A DNA stretch of 64,000 nt from Vicugna vicugna (Eukaryota), in assembly GCA_013265495.1 (NCBI GenBank), contig MU058004.1, positions 248,001 to 312,000 on the forward strand. Reading direction: 5' to 3'. This document shows, one piece after another, positions 49,893 through 64,000 of the stretch. The position numbers were made by a program, and so were the translations under genes. Numbering within the stretch: the first letter of the stretch is position 1; every line of letters begins with the position of its first letter. Below the pieces are notes generated by a model. The model was not told the DNA's origin and did not search any database. It saw nothing but the letters and a program-made list of their open reading frames with translations.

Positions 49893-52800
49893 AACACCTG
49901 AATTTTAAAACATGCTAACACCGCAGTTCTCCAAGGAAAGACAAACCCAGGGCCACTGTGTGAACGTGGAGGCACCCCTCCAGACATGTACCACCCAGGG
50001 CGAGGACAGTGAAGCACCTCTTACCACCTTCAGGAAAACCTCATGTCTATTGCTAATCCACACTTAACTACAAACAGTTAAAGTTCCGGATTTATTGTTT
50101 TGGCAATGACACCCTTTTTCCCCTGCCAGCAAGCAGCCAGCCTGGCAGATGTAAACTGACCAGGTCGCAAACCCTGTCCCTGTAGGTGGGGAGGCTCCCT
50201 CACCCTTGCAGACCTCACCTAGAAGGCGTCCCCCTGGAAGCTTACCCCACCTCCCTCTCCAACACTGTTGCCTTCTTATGACCAAGTGAACCCGCCGCCT
50301 CCACCAGCACCTGAAGCAGCTGTGCTCCCTTGTTTCAATTAGCAAACTGCAACCCTGAGGTCAGTTTACTCAAAGCTACTGAAACTACCGCTCCTGAGAC
50401 TCCATCAATCACACCCCAGAACACTCACCTCCCAGAACACGGGCACAAGGAAACCATCCCCTGAAAACCTGTTTGCTGTGCCTGCAACCTAACTGACCGA
50501 GGAACAGAAAGTTCAGACCAAAACTGTGGGCACCACTGGACTGAAAAAAGTACATATTAACATAAAAGCAATAATTTCCCAAACAACTCTTTTGGGTAAT
50601 GCTGTGGTAACTCAGGTATTATTTGCCTCCTATAAACCACCGAGAAAATGGAATCAAAGTGGGTTGACTTAAATTTCTGCCTGGAAGTACCAGCTCCGAG
50701 AGCTGGCGGCACTGCTGGCTTAAATCCCGAGGGGATTTCTGGTTCATTCAGCGCTCGCGCGGTCTGGGCGCTGGAGGGGTGTGTCTGCGTCCTCTCCCGG
50801 TATCACCAGACGCGGGCTCACACTTGATAAACGTTTCGCAGCTGTCATCATTTTGATCCTGGTGCTCCCAGCTAGTGATGAAATCACCCGCGTTCAGATC
50901 TCCGCCGTAACACATCCTGTGCAATCATGGGAACCTGACTTGCAGAGGTTCTCACGCCTTCAGAACCAGGGAGCATGAGGAGACGTGCCAGCACAGGCCG
51001 CCCTGACGTACCGGGCTGGCCCCGCGCTGGCTGAAGTCGCTTCCTGAAGGGAGGCAAGGAGATGGTGCTTTTATAGCCCAGGGCATACCTGCCCCTCAAG
51101 GCAAGGAATGAACTCATAGAGCATGATTTCACGTTCTCCCTTTACAAGTAGGGAAGTTAGTAAGACGCAGAGCCATGAGCACAGGTTTAACTGTCTGTGT
51201 GGGGCTTGGGGGGCGGGGTGCACAGCCAGGCACCAGGTGCCCCAGCCAGGCCTCTGTCCACCCCACACCCTGCCAACAAACACCTGCAAGGAGGCCGGGG
51301 GGCAGCCAACAATCTCATTTCTCTTCCAAAATACGTGCCTGAGCACCCTGCTCTGCAGAAACTCCCGCACAGCAGAGGCTGCAGGACCCCCCCGGCCACC
51401 TCCGAGGAAAGAAACACATCTTTGAGCAAGCTGGTGATAAAACAGAGCAGTCTGTTGGGGGAGAGAGGTTTTTGTGTTTTTAAGAAATATGTATAGTTGA
51501 GTAGAGAAACCAGTTTGCTGAGAAGAAAATCGGATGGCTTTCTCAGAATTTAAGATACCCCAGTGAAATCAAAACCCCACTCCGCAGCGTTCTCACCCTC
51601 CCGCAAACTACCCATGACCTCATCTCCATGTGTGGGACGCGGGAGAGACGCAGTTAAAGGTAACTGTTTCATTTTGTGAAATGAGTCTCTTAGATTTCCA
51701 GTGCATATTTATCTATTTTTAAAAGGCTGCTTTCCAGCCGAATGTTTTAACCAACCCAATGTCTAGAAGGTGACGCTTTGCACACACAATTTCACAAGAC
51801 TCAGGACTGACCGTATCTGCTCATTCCTTACGGCACAACCACCGCTGAGAAGTTCTTAAACTATTTCCTTTTAACTTTATTCTTAAGCTGTTTGAAAATA
51901 TTTAGAAGCCAGATCCTTTCTACATTTTTAACGCAAATTAAAGTGCCAGCCTTGATTCCTGGCCCGCCCCCAGCCCTCCCCACCCACAGGCTTTCTCTAA
52001 GACGCAGTCACCCCATGGGCTGGTCCAGGACATGCAGCCGCACCCGGCTGCGGAGATCCTCCCAGGCCTCACGTCTTTGTTCTCAGCTTCAGGGTGTGCG
52101 GCAGAGGGCAAGCCGTGGGGTGTGCAGGGCCACCTCTGAAGGGAACCCAGGCTGAGACCCCCTGTTAAGCCTGGCGGGTGGGCAGGGACAGGAAGCCCCA
52201 GGGGGAGGCAACTCCGCAGCCCCTACTGCAGGGGGAAGGCCTCAGGATCCAGCAGGCCTGGCACCACTCACCGCAGCTTCACCCTGACCACGAGGGCTGC
52301 AGAGATGTGGTTTTGCCATTGCAGGCAGGCAGGCTCCCGGGCCCACAGTGCTCTCAGCAGTCCACACATCCAGGCCTCCTGGCCAAGCGGGGACCAACCA
52401 CGCCATTCACGAGGTGAGCCGCAGAAACGTGGCAGTGAGTAAGAACTCGGGGCACTCGCAGGCGCACAGTCACCCAAATAGCACCACGTCTGTGTCTGGA
52501 CAACACACATGCCACAGACCAAGAAAGCGGACTTTCCACAGGTGAACTTAGAAGCAGGAAGGTGGAACCACGTTTTGAATACTCCCTGGTAGAACCGAGC
52601 GCTGTGACTGAATAGGGCAGATGTGCGGAATGTTACAGTCACACTTCTCTTGCACTGAATGTGAGTGTCACACACGCACGAGCCTGGCCGCACAGGTCAT
52701 GGTAGAGCCGTCAGGCCAGCAGGGCGACAGGCACACGGATGGGGCAGGACCCCGACAGCCACCCAGCCTGCTCGATCCACAGCCTCCTGGCATCTGAGGC

Positions 52801-53090
52801 CTCAGATCACGGGCTAAAGGTTCCCGAAAGGAGGATTACAGGTATGCTCAGAACTGACACTAGACCCTCCACTGAACACACGCCCTCGGCCAGACTTGAG
52901 GGAACAGAAGCCGTTGGCGCAGCAGCTGGGGCTCCGATGAGGCTAGTCCCAAACCTGCCCCAGGAGTGGGGCAGCCTCTGTGCTGCAGGGGCCTCTGCTC
53001 CCAGTCCTCAGTGGCTCCGGGGGACACAGGCTGGTCTCGGTCAGCCCGCCCGCCCGCGTCCTGACACTAAGCTCTGCTTCCCCGTTGCAG

Positions 53091-54779
<1,689 letters not shown>

Positions 54780-55407
54780 CCTCGAGGCCGGCAGTGCAGA
54801 GGCCCCGGCTCAGACCGGACACACCTCTCCTGGCCCAGACCCCACGCCCTGCAGCCCGGAGGACAGCTCCAGGACGGCCCCGCTGAACCTCTCCAAGAAG
54901 CCAGAGGTTGAGCTGACGGCCACCCACACCCCTGCCTACGGAGACTTCACGGAGCCGCAGGATGTGCCCCTCAACCTCTCGGTGAAGGACCCCTGCAACG
55001 CCCTGACCCCAAGGCCATCCTTCCACAGCCCCTCACGTGGGCCCGAGCCCACCACGGCCCCCACCATGCGGACGGAGCCGGCAAGTTCTGGGGATGCGAG
55101 CCCCGGGGAGGCCCCGGACACACAGGCGGTGGACAGCGAGGAGCAGAAGCAGACGGCGGCCGTGGCCCTCTGCCAACTGGCGGCCTACAGTGCAGGGACC
55201 AGCCGGCCAGGCGAGGGGGAGCCCACGGCCCAGGAACTTTCCCACCACACCCCAGAAAGCCAGGAGGCTCCGTGTGACCTCAGACCCAAAGGGCAAAAGA
55301 GGACAAGTCCAAGGGATGCAGGGAAGTCCCAGCAGGGAGCCAAAAGGGCCAAGCCCAGTGACACCACCAGGGTGTTCACGCTGCGGAAGAGAACTCGAGT
55401 GTCCTAG
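54780..55407 (+). CDS. ZNF750: ZNF750 last coding exon: two PLNLS motifs and C-terminal basic NLS-like region
   Basis: Acceptor cctcttgtctcttccag|C completes AG+C = Ser. PLNLS at 54880-54894 and 54967-54981; QKQTAAVALCQLAAYS; ends FTLRKRTRVS-TAG. Total CDS 1427+628 = 2055 nt = 684 aa. Confidence 0.97.
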
Positions 55408-55750
55408 AGCCACGGCCCCAGCTGAGGCACAGCACACACACCCCTGGCTCCCAACGCTTTTCCACCAGTCAGCTTTTACAATACGGTCTTCTTCTCAAAA
55501 AAGAACTGCAATGAAGCTGCATTCAATTCAGTTCTGTAAATGCTAAGCATGAATGTTAAAAGCTGCTTCCACTTTGGGGTGTAAAATATTTGAATGACTC
55601 ACACTTAAGACTTAATGAGTTCAACGTTCTGTAAAAGATCAAATGAAATGCGTGGGACTGAAAAGTAACTTTTGGGTGTTAGCATCTTAGAGAAAATCTC
55701 TTTAAAACACTTATAAATAGCAATAGAACAAACTGTTCAACTGTTTTTCT

Positions 55751-55756
55751 ATTAAA
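55751..55756 (+). terminator. ZNF750: Candidate ZNF750 polyadenylation signal ATTAAA
   Basis: ATTAAA about 345 nt after the stop, in an AU-rich 3' UTR, followed by GU-rich tgtgtgttct. Alternative AATAAA hexamers at 56048 and 56130. Confidence 0.5.
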
Positions 55757-57042
55757 TCTGTGTGTTCTGAGGTACACAATTCCTAAAAAAAAAAAAAGCC
55801 AAGACAAGACATTTCCAGTCCTAGCATCAAAATGCCATGTGTGAAGACGCTGTGATTCGTCACGACTGAACAACACGCCGACAGCAGACGCTATTTATAC
55901 AAGTAATTTATTTCCACTGGGCAGAATGCGTTGCTGGCGAAGCTACTTGGCACGTGTGCTGTTTCTTCACCACGTTACAGTGAATTCTCTCACTCATGCA
56001 GCCTCATTTTCCACTTCCTAAAATGATGTGTATGTTGCTAATTTTCCAATAAACTCATAGGTGAACCATAAGGATATGTAAAAAGATGACCAACATAAAC
56101 TCTGGGTTATACTTCGGAGTATTTGCCTCAATAAATAATTCAGTGAAAAGGAGAAAAGAGCTGAAGCACCAATTAGAACAAACTGAGAACAAGGGTGCAT
56201 CTGTGTGAGCGGCTGTGTGAGAGCGCGTGAGCATGAGCGTGTCCACCGTCCACCAGTGCTCGAGCCCAGCGTGTGCAGACACCCGCGGCCATAGCCTCCT
56301 AAGCTGTTGCCTGCAAGAGCCACCGGCCCTGCAGCCTCATGAGGGCCCCTCCCCACTGTCCAAGGGCATCTCAGCCAATACACCACCTGCAGGGCCGACA
56401 AAGGGCCCAGAAACAGTGGCTGGGGCTGAGAAAGCCCTCTCTCCACAAGGCAGCTGGTTTTCACTCACACTTTGGCCAAAACAGAGGCGGTCCCAACAGA
56501 GCCGACCGAGGAGAGTTCAAACAACAGGCACCATTAAAGCCAACGTCATTCCCGGTGACATGTGTGGGACAGGCCTCAGCACTGAGAGCTGAAAATTTAA
56601 AACGTTCAGTAAAAAGCTGAGGCAGAAATTCAGCTCACTCTCAGTATAAGCACCACACACCACACAGCTGAACTAGACACTCACCTGAACAGCTGCGTTC
56701 CAGTGAAATTTTATTTTCAGTTGTCTTGATCAAGTTTCTACTAATAACTAATTCTGTAAAAACTCAATCTAGAAAAGTTCTTAAATACTTAGTACCTTTT
56801 GGCAGAACAGAACGTAACAGACTTTGCATTCACAGACGTCCCCTCACTGAAGGCCCTGGACGGGGAGACCTGTAAGAGACCTTTACTAAGTGCAGGGATA
56901 TGTGACATCAGGGAAAATTCTCTGGGAAAAGTAACCGGAAATATGGGCTCAAGGAGACATGGGTAAGTCCCCGCATGTGGACGGAGGATGGTAGGTTTCA
57001 GCGTACCACAATGGCTGATCCACTGGGTGTATTTAAACAGTG

Positions 57043-57173
57043 GGGGGAAGGTGGAGCTCAGGGGCAGAGCGTGTGCTTAGCATGTGCAAGGTCCTGAGTT
57101 CAATCCCCAGCACCTCCTCTAAAAATAATTACCTCCCCCGAACAAAAAAAATTTTTAATAAATTAAAAAAAAG
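57043..57173 (+). mobile_element. tRNA-Ala-derived camelid SINE (vic-1 type) with 8-bp TSD
   Basis: gggggaaggtggagctcaggggcagagcgtgtgcttagcatgtgcaaggtcctgagttcaatccccagcacctcc plus A tail. TSD aaacagtg at 57035-57042 and 57174-57181. Confidence 0.9.
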
Positions 57174-57994
57174 AAACAGTGATGCAATAGCTTTGTTTTA
57201 AAGTAACACTATTCAGGATGGCAAATAGCCTGCTTTGCAACAGGTTAAATTTATAAAAACCACTGATTACAACTTACAAAAGGGATGCAGACGTTGTCAC
57301 AACTCTTTTCAGGCAACAGGAGTCCGAAGTCACCCAGGACGCGGGGGGGCCCTGCAGCCACCTGCCAGGAGCCCACCAGGCGCCCTCTTGCCCAGAAACC
57401 AATGCACACACGGCTGCCATCGCCGGCACGACGGCCCTCAGGTTTCATACACCAATTCACTCTGACAAAGGCCAGGATCAGGGTGCCCCTGCTCTCCAGC
57501 AGGGCCGCACCCCGCTGGGGGCAGAACCATGTGACGGGGGCTGTTCCAGCTCTGGGCCCACAGCCTCGTGCCGCACAGACAAGCTCTTACCTCATGCTTT
57601 ACACCCAAGGAAACAGACCATTTCCAAGGCCGACAGATTCTAAGAACGCTTTTTACAGCTCACCCAGAAGCATTCGCCACCACTTATCGTGACAAGAGGA
57701 ACCAGAGGCGGCTGATGACTGCTAGGCCTCCTGCGGCCCCGCAGGCCAGTAGTCCTGGGGCCGCCTAGGGGCTCACAGCAGCTCTGGGACCACCCCCTAG
57801 TGCGACTCCCCCCAGGAGGCCTGCACGCACAGCAGGCTGTCTGTATCTGTCTTTACAAGCACAACGGGGTTCTAGACCTTTGTAACCAAAAAAAAAGTCT
57901 CGCTGATTCTTCAGCCATAGTACCTCTCTGCATTCACATAGAACCTGACTTCAGAACTCTAAGCTTCTAACCTTTACATACAAAAAGCATGAAC

Positions 57995-58510
57995 CCTCAA
58001 AAAGCTAAACACAGAATTACCATGAAGCCCAGCAATTCCAGTCCTAGGTACACACCTGAGAGAAACGGAACGAGGGCTCAGGCAGACGCGTGCACACCAG
58101 CGCCTACAGCAGCGTTACCCAGCACAGTGAGGAGGGGGAGATGAGCCCAGTGTCCCGACAGAGGAGGAGCTGAGCAAGCCGTGGAAGAGCCGCTTGGCGG
58201 AGGGTGATTCAGGCCTAACGAGGGGTGCACTTCTGGCACAGGCTGCCACGTGGATCTGACCCCGAAGACATCACGCTGAGTGAAGTCAGTCAGACACAAA
58301 AGGACAAATCGTCACAGTTCCACTCACATGAGGCCCCAAAGCAGGCAAGGTCAGAGGTCACAGAGGCAGACAGATCAGTCAGGGGAGGGAGTGTTTAATG
58401 TGGACAGTTTCTGTTTGGGGAAATGCAAGTTTTGGAAACAGACGGTGATGACAAAGGCTGTGCAGTGAGGTAAAGGGAGTGAATGCCCCGAACTGTGCAC
58501 TTTACACAGT
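57995..58510 (+). mobile_element. Old L1MA/L1MB-type 3' end
   Basis: aaaagctaaacacagaattaccatgaagcccagcaattccagtcctaggta, catcacgctgagtgaagtcagtcagacacaaaaggacaaat and gtgtttaatgtggacagtttctgtttggg. Confidence 0.75.
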
Positions 58511-58519
58511 TCACAGGAA

Positions 58520-59075
58520 TCGCAGGGGTGTCAGTGGTGCCACCATTTTGGAAATCAGTTTGTAGTTTCTCAAAAAGTTACAGACAGATTGAGCATAAGA
58601 TCCAGCAATTCCACTCCCAGGTCTACAACTAAGAGGACTCAAATCCTATGTGCACACACACACTCATACACAAATGTTCACAGCGCATGATCCACAATCA
58701 CTAGAGTGAAGACCCACGTCCACCCAGTAGTGCAAGACACGCAGTGGGCGTCCACCCACGAAACGCTGTCCCACACAGCACAGATGAAGGTCACACACGC
58801 CCAGCAAGGGAGAGAAGTCAGACACGGAGACCCCCACCGTAGACGCCGTTTACAAGTGTCCAGAAGCAGCAAATTTACAGACGAACGGCAGACTAGCGGA
58901 CGCCTGGGGTGGGCGCTGAGGGGAGGCAGGGTGACTTCTCCCTGGTGCAGGGTTTCCTCTGAGGGACAATGAGGTACATAAGATGGTCGCACACTCTGCA
59001 AATATGCCGTAAGTCACCAAATTGGACACTTTAAATGGGTGAACTTAATGTTCCATTAATTATATCTCAACAAAG
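58520..59075 (+). mobile_element. Second old L1M 3' end
   Basis: ttttggaaatcagtttgtagtttctcaaaaagtta...atccagcaattccactcccagg...caccaaattggacactttaaatgggtgaac...ttatatctcaacaaagctg. Confidence 0.75.
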
Positions 59076-59638
59076 CTGCTACAGACATGACCAGAGTGAC
59101 TCCCCAGAAACAGGGGTCGAGAAGCCCTCCTTATGCCTCACGATGCCAGGTGCTAGCCAGCACCTGTGACACCCTGAGCTCAGGTACTGGGCTGCACCCC
59201 TCTGCATGGACAGAAGTGGCCCCAGGATGCATGGCGTCCATAGTGACACACCCAGGATGGGGTCCTCTCCATCCTTCGGGATGTCCCTCCCTCCTACCCA
59301 CAGGGGCACTGATGCCACTTCCAGGGACAGTCCCCACAACCACAGACAGGGCTCCAGGTGGCCGCAGCCCCACGCTGGCACACCCACCCCGCTGTGCCCC
59401 TGCTCAGGCCCACTGCCGAGCCCCCTCCCCGATTCTTCGCAAGCATGAGCCTCGTGCCCGGGGGACCACAGTGGCCACTCACACACCGTTAATGGGTGAT
59501 CTCCCCCACTCCAGCGGGGTGAAACTGGTTAAGAGGATAAGGCAGCGGCTCCCAGCCGGCCCTCCAAATCCGGGCGGACAGCAGGCATGCGCTGGGGGAG
59601 CCCACCATAGAGGGGAGGGAAGGGGAGGGGAGGAGTCA

Positions 59639-59893
<255 letters not shown>

Positions 59894-61528
59894 TCATGAA
59901 GCCCCCCGTGAGCACTTAAAATGCCAGTCGGCTAAGGAGACAGTCCTCCAACCGAACCGGCAGGAACTGCCACACTCAGCTCCCCAGTTCCAAGTCCACA
60001 TCCTGGTCAGACCCCCGACCCCACAGGAGGGCCCCCGCAACCGCCACTCCCGCCCATTTAAGCAACCACACTGCTCAGCAAACTTGGGCTCCTGGTGCCA
60101 GGACCGCACCTAGGTTAAGGCCACAGCAGCGGGAGGGGCGAGGAGGCCTTTCCACAGAGCCCCCGACAACTCAAAAGAGTAAAACCGAGATTAGAAAGTT
60201 AGAATGAAACAGCACGTAGAGAACTTCTCTGTACCGTCCGAAACACAGACTTCTAGTCAACAGTTATAACGCCTACTAGTCACCTCACAAGAAAATGTTG
60301 CACTTAGTGAAACTTCCCTGAAGTCCTCGGGAAGCTCTCGTTTAAAGGGGCAACCCTGGCCTTACACTGAGTGAGAATACCTGCTTCTCAGATCGGCGGG
60401 GACTCAGAACCCCCCAAACTGGCACCGCGGACACGGACGCCCACGTGCCACCATCCCCAGCGCGTGCTGCACCCACTGCCTGAGGGTGAGTGCCTGCCCC
60501 AGAGCCAAGCCCTGGGCAACCCTGGTATCAGAGGAGTGGAAACCACAGCAGGTTCAGGAGAGCGGAAGGCCGAGACTAGGTCGGGACCCAACTGAGGACG
60601 CCCTGGAAGAGGACAGTAGGGCAGTGTGAGTGGAGGAGATGTTTTCCTCTGTCCCCCACCCCACACTCACCATTCCTGGAAGGACACGAGGGAAGGGCGC
60701 CGGGTTACCTGCGAGAGGACGGCATGGGCAGGGGTGCAGAGGGGCAGAGGGGTCATCGCCTCCACCTGACTTTGTAACTGAAATGTTACCAGTGGGAAAG
60801 GCTAGGGAGGAGAGTGGTGCACCGCCACTGAGACAGGGCAGCGCCGGGTCCATAGCACACCCGGGACCCTGTTGCCTGGAGACCACCCCCTCCCACCACC
60901 CAGAGCTGGGTTCAGACGGCAGATTCCAGGGCCCGGCCAGGCCTCCTCCCCTCCTTGGCAGCCGCTTCCACCCAGCCCTGGGCTGAGGGGCCTGGGCACT
61001 ATCTCTGGGGGCCATCCTGAGCTAACGCCCCTCAAACCATCTGAGTGGAGGGGCAGGTACTACCCAGGGTCCCCGGGGAGGTCACAGCAGACACAGCACG
61101 ACTGCCACCACATGTGGCTGTTCAATTTAAATCCAACAAACTTCAACGCGGTTTAGAATTCAGACCTCAGCCCCCGGGGCCTCTGCGAAGATCTCGACAG
61201 CCCCAGACCTGGGACAGGCCAAGCTCAGAGAAGCTCCCTCGAAAAGGGCGGACCTGGTTCCAGTCCAAAGAAAATGGCTCCCTCAAAGGACACTCTTCCA
61301 CGTGTGGACATGCGCAAAACTGACCTCTTCTTCGTCAAGGCTTTAAATGTACTGGAGTCTAAGCTGATAGAAGCAGCACAGGAGAACAACTGGAGTCCCC
61401 AAAACTAACTTCAGGAGGAGGAGAAAAGGCTGCAGGGAGCCCAACGACCAGCTCAGCGACGGGGCAGGGGGAGCCACTGCCTTCACCCAGAAACACGCCT
61501 GCCCGCAACCCCGCGCTCCCCGCGCCTA

Positions 61529-61753
<225 letters not shown>

Positions 61754-62152
61754 TTACTTTTCTCCACAACGTCCACCTCGTGTGTCCCCCATGGCCCTGG
61801 CCTGGCTGGATGGGCTGCCTCCTCCCCCCGGAGCTCCGAGACGGGAGAGGGGGCGCCCCATCGGGGGGGGGTGCCATTCCAGCCAGAAAGGCGACAGAAC
61901 GAACAGGCTGCTCGTCAACCTCAGTGATTGTCTTTGAAACCAGAACATACGGCGACCAACGCGAATCAGGAAAAAATCGTTCTACCCTCCCAAACTCTCC
62001 AGGCTGTCTACAGCTCTCAAATCCCACGACACTCGCTGAATGACGGAGGCTCAGCAGACCCGGTGGGGGGTGGGGGGGTCGTGTGCACAAGCTGCCACCG
62101 CCCCCCGCCCCACCCCAGCCCCGGCCGACGCAGACGCAGATGCGGACACCTA

Positions 62153-62308
<156 letters not shown>

Positions 62309-62751
62309 TTAATGCTTGCTGCAAGAGAGAACACCTTCTCCTCTGCATTTTCAAATCGTCATTGAAGGCCACTATCCTTGAAAGCAGACCCACCTACCAC
62401 GACGGTCACTGGCAGAGGGTGCCAGCAGGGAAGGCCGCAGGTCAGTGGGAGGCTTCCCAGAGACTTTCCGGGTGTCTGCCAGAGGCTGGGGAAGGGGTCT
62501 TGGAAACAGCCAGCCTCCAGGAAAGGCCATGGAGACACCAAACAAACGCTGGGAGTGTCAGGGCCTCCCAAGTGGTAAGGGCCTTGCAAGCAGGTCAGTG
62601 GAGACCCCGGTGCAAGACACCAGGCAGCAGTGGAAGGCCTACCGCGCAGAACAGAGCCTGTGAGGGTGGAAGGTGCGCCATGACCGAGCCGTCCAACGGC
62701 CCCAGCCTCACCTCCGACCTGCCCAGGTGGAGTGTGGTGGGGGGTGCGCAC

Positions 62752-62888
62752 CTATCACGCTCTCCACCTCCTCGGGGACATCATCCTCTCCGTCGCTGTC
62801 TGGGCTCTCGGCCTGCGTCCCCAGCTCTCGTGGACTCTGGGCGCAGGGCTGCAGGCTGGCAGCCAAGGAGCGGCAGCCGCGCTGGTAC
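62752..62888 (-). CDS. TBCD: TBCD coding exon (exon 10 equivalent), 137 nt
   Basis: ctcacag|GTACCAG...GTGATAG|gtgcgc; encodes (R)YQRGCRSLAASLQPCAQSPRELGTQAESPDSDGEDDVPEEVESVI(E). The conserved YQRGCRSLAA start is followed by a divergent acidic linker. Confidence 0.95.
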
Positions 62889-64000
62889 CTGTGAGAAGCA
62901 AATGCACATCAGGCCCACAGGACGACCAGGTGCTGGAGGGGAAGCCGTCTCGACAACTGGAATCAACAACTCAGGTCACATCTGCGACAATCGCACGCAC
63001 GCACAGGGGGATGAACAGGAAGGAGGCTGGCACTGACCACGGCCAGTGTCGGCTGCCCAGAAAAGACCTCGACCCGGCCACAGAACCCAGAACCATACTC
63101 CACACCACTCAGAACCCGCCCCACACGTGGAAACAGCAGGGATGGCGAGTGTGAGCCCACTGCCCTGTCCTCAGCTTCACGCGCTTGGCCTCCAGCCCCA
63201 ACTGAGCAGAGCACCCGCCCCCTGACCCCGTCCCCCACCGCAGGGCCAGATGCTGCCTTGTCACCCCTAGTGCCACAGCTCGTCCACCACCGGCTCCCAC
63301 AGACCATGCTCACCACTTCCCACCGACCCCCCACCATCGCTGAGGCCACCAGCACGGGCCAGCTCAGCTGTCTGGCCTGCACCGCTTCCCCAGGGGACGG
63401 GGGTGGGCATGAAGCACTCCCAGCAGGGCCCGCACAGAGCAAGGCCCTCAAACGCCAGCCCTCCCAGAGACGGGCAGGCCCAGCTCAGGACAGCCTGGGG
63501 CATAAAAGGTGCCAAGTCAGAGTGAAAGCTAGGGGCCGCAGGCTGGGGGCCGCGGGCTGAGGCCAGTCCAGTTTGCAGAGACCTGGGCCCGGGAGACCAA
63601 CACGGAGCCTGAGCCCCAGCTCAGACACCCGTAACTGTGGCCTGGAGGCCTGCGGTCTCGTAAAACAAGGACAATGTCACGCAGCTCCCAGGCAGCCGGC
63701 ACCCTGGTTCTCACACAACCCCTCAGAGCAGCCGCGCCCAGGACTCTCTCCTCACCACGAGCACAGCAGAGGTGAGGGGACGTCCCCCGAGGCTACGAGA
63801 ATGCCGCCTGTGTGCCTGGATGTGGGGCGCCTCCAGCTGAACTTCGTGAAGCCCTCAGAGAGACCCCAACCAGAGGGCACAGCTGAGCACACCTGGACTC
63901 CGGCCACAGAAGCAGTGGCATTAAAAATGCAGTCTGAAGCTGCTAAACGTGGGGGTACCATGTTCCCTAGTCGTGACGGTGTGACTGGTAACAGGAAACA

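Noticed and set aside
43000-53000. p63/p53 response element for ZNF750
   Set aside because: Only single imperfect half-sites were found by eye (for example agacatgtac near 49982 and cagcatgttt near 44028); no full two-half-site element can be supported without a PWM scan.
55785-55797. A13 run as the tail of a retrocopied ZNF750
   Set aside because: The gene retains introns, there is no TSD, and the nesting is syntenic with human. The run matters only as a possible oligo-dT internal-priming artefact.
59085-59350. MLT1-type LTR remnant
   Set aside because: Resemblance too weak to call without an alignment.
62889-64000. TBCD exon 9
   Set aside because: No frame gives the expected KLVQRLGLTFLKP-like peptide; the exon probably lies beyond the window.

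Overview
Mammalian genomic DNA, GC- and CpG-rich, of a subtelomeric type. It is most likely from a camelid (alpaca, vicuna or camel), because it carries several copies of the tRNA-Ala-derived vic-1-type SINE. The minus strand has 11 consecutive coding exons of TBCD (tubulin-folding cofactor D; exons 10-20 by human numbering). Together they give 972 nt in one uninterrupted frame with canonical GT-AG junctions. Nested antisense in the 33,320-bp TBCD intron 13 is the complete ZNF750 coding sequence (two coding exons, 684 aa, atypical zinc finger, two PLNLS motifs, C-terminal basic NLS-like segment). The ZNF750 non-coding first exon could not be assigned with certainty; two candidates are given. 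The rest is intronic: old L1, HAL1, MIR and Tigger remnants, a younger truncated L1, SINEs, minisatellites and a CpG island. I did not find a clearly new biological system. The best leads are: an AT-rich ancient L1 fragment inserted in register, without TSD or poly(A), into a 36-bp minisatellite; a possible NMD-escaping, intron-retained ZNF750 isoform lacking PLNLS and NLS; a ZNF750 uORF; a CpG-island core promoter with a 31-nt candidate first exon; and strong AT-to-GC drift in old repeats. Repeat family names and human comparisons come from recalled consensus or reference sequences, not from searches.
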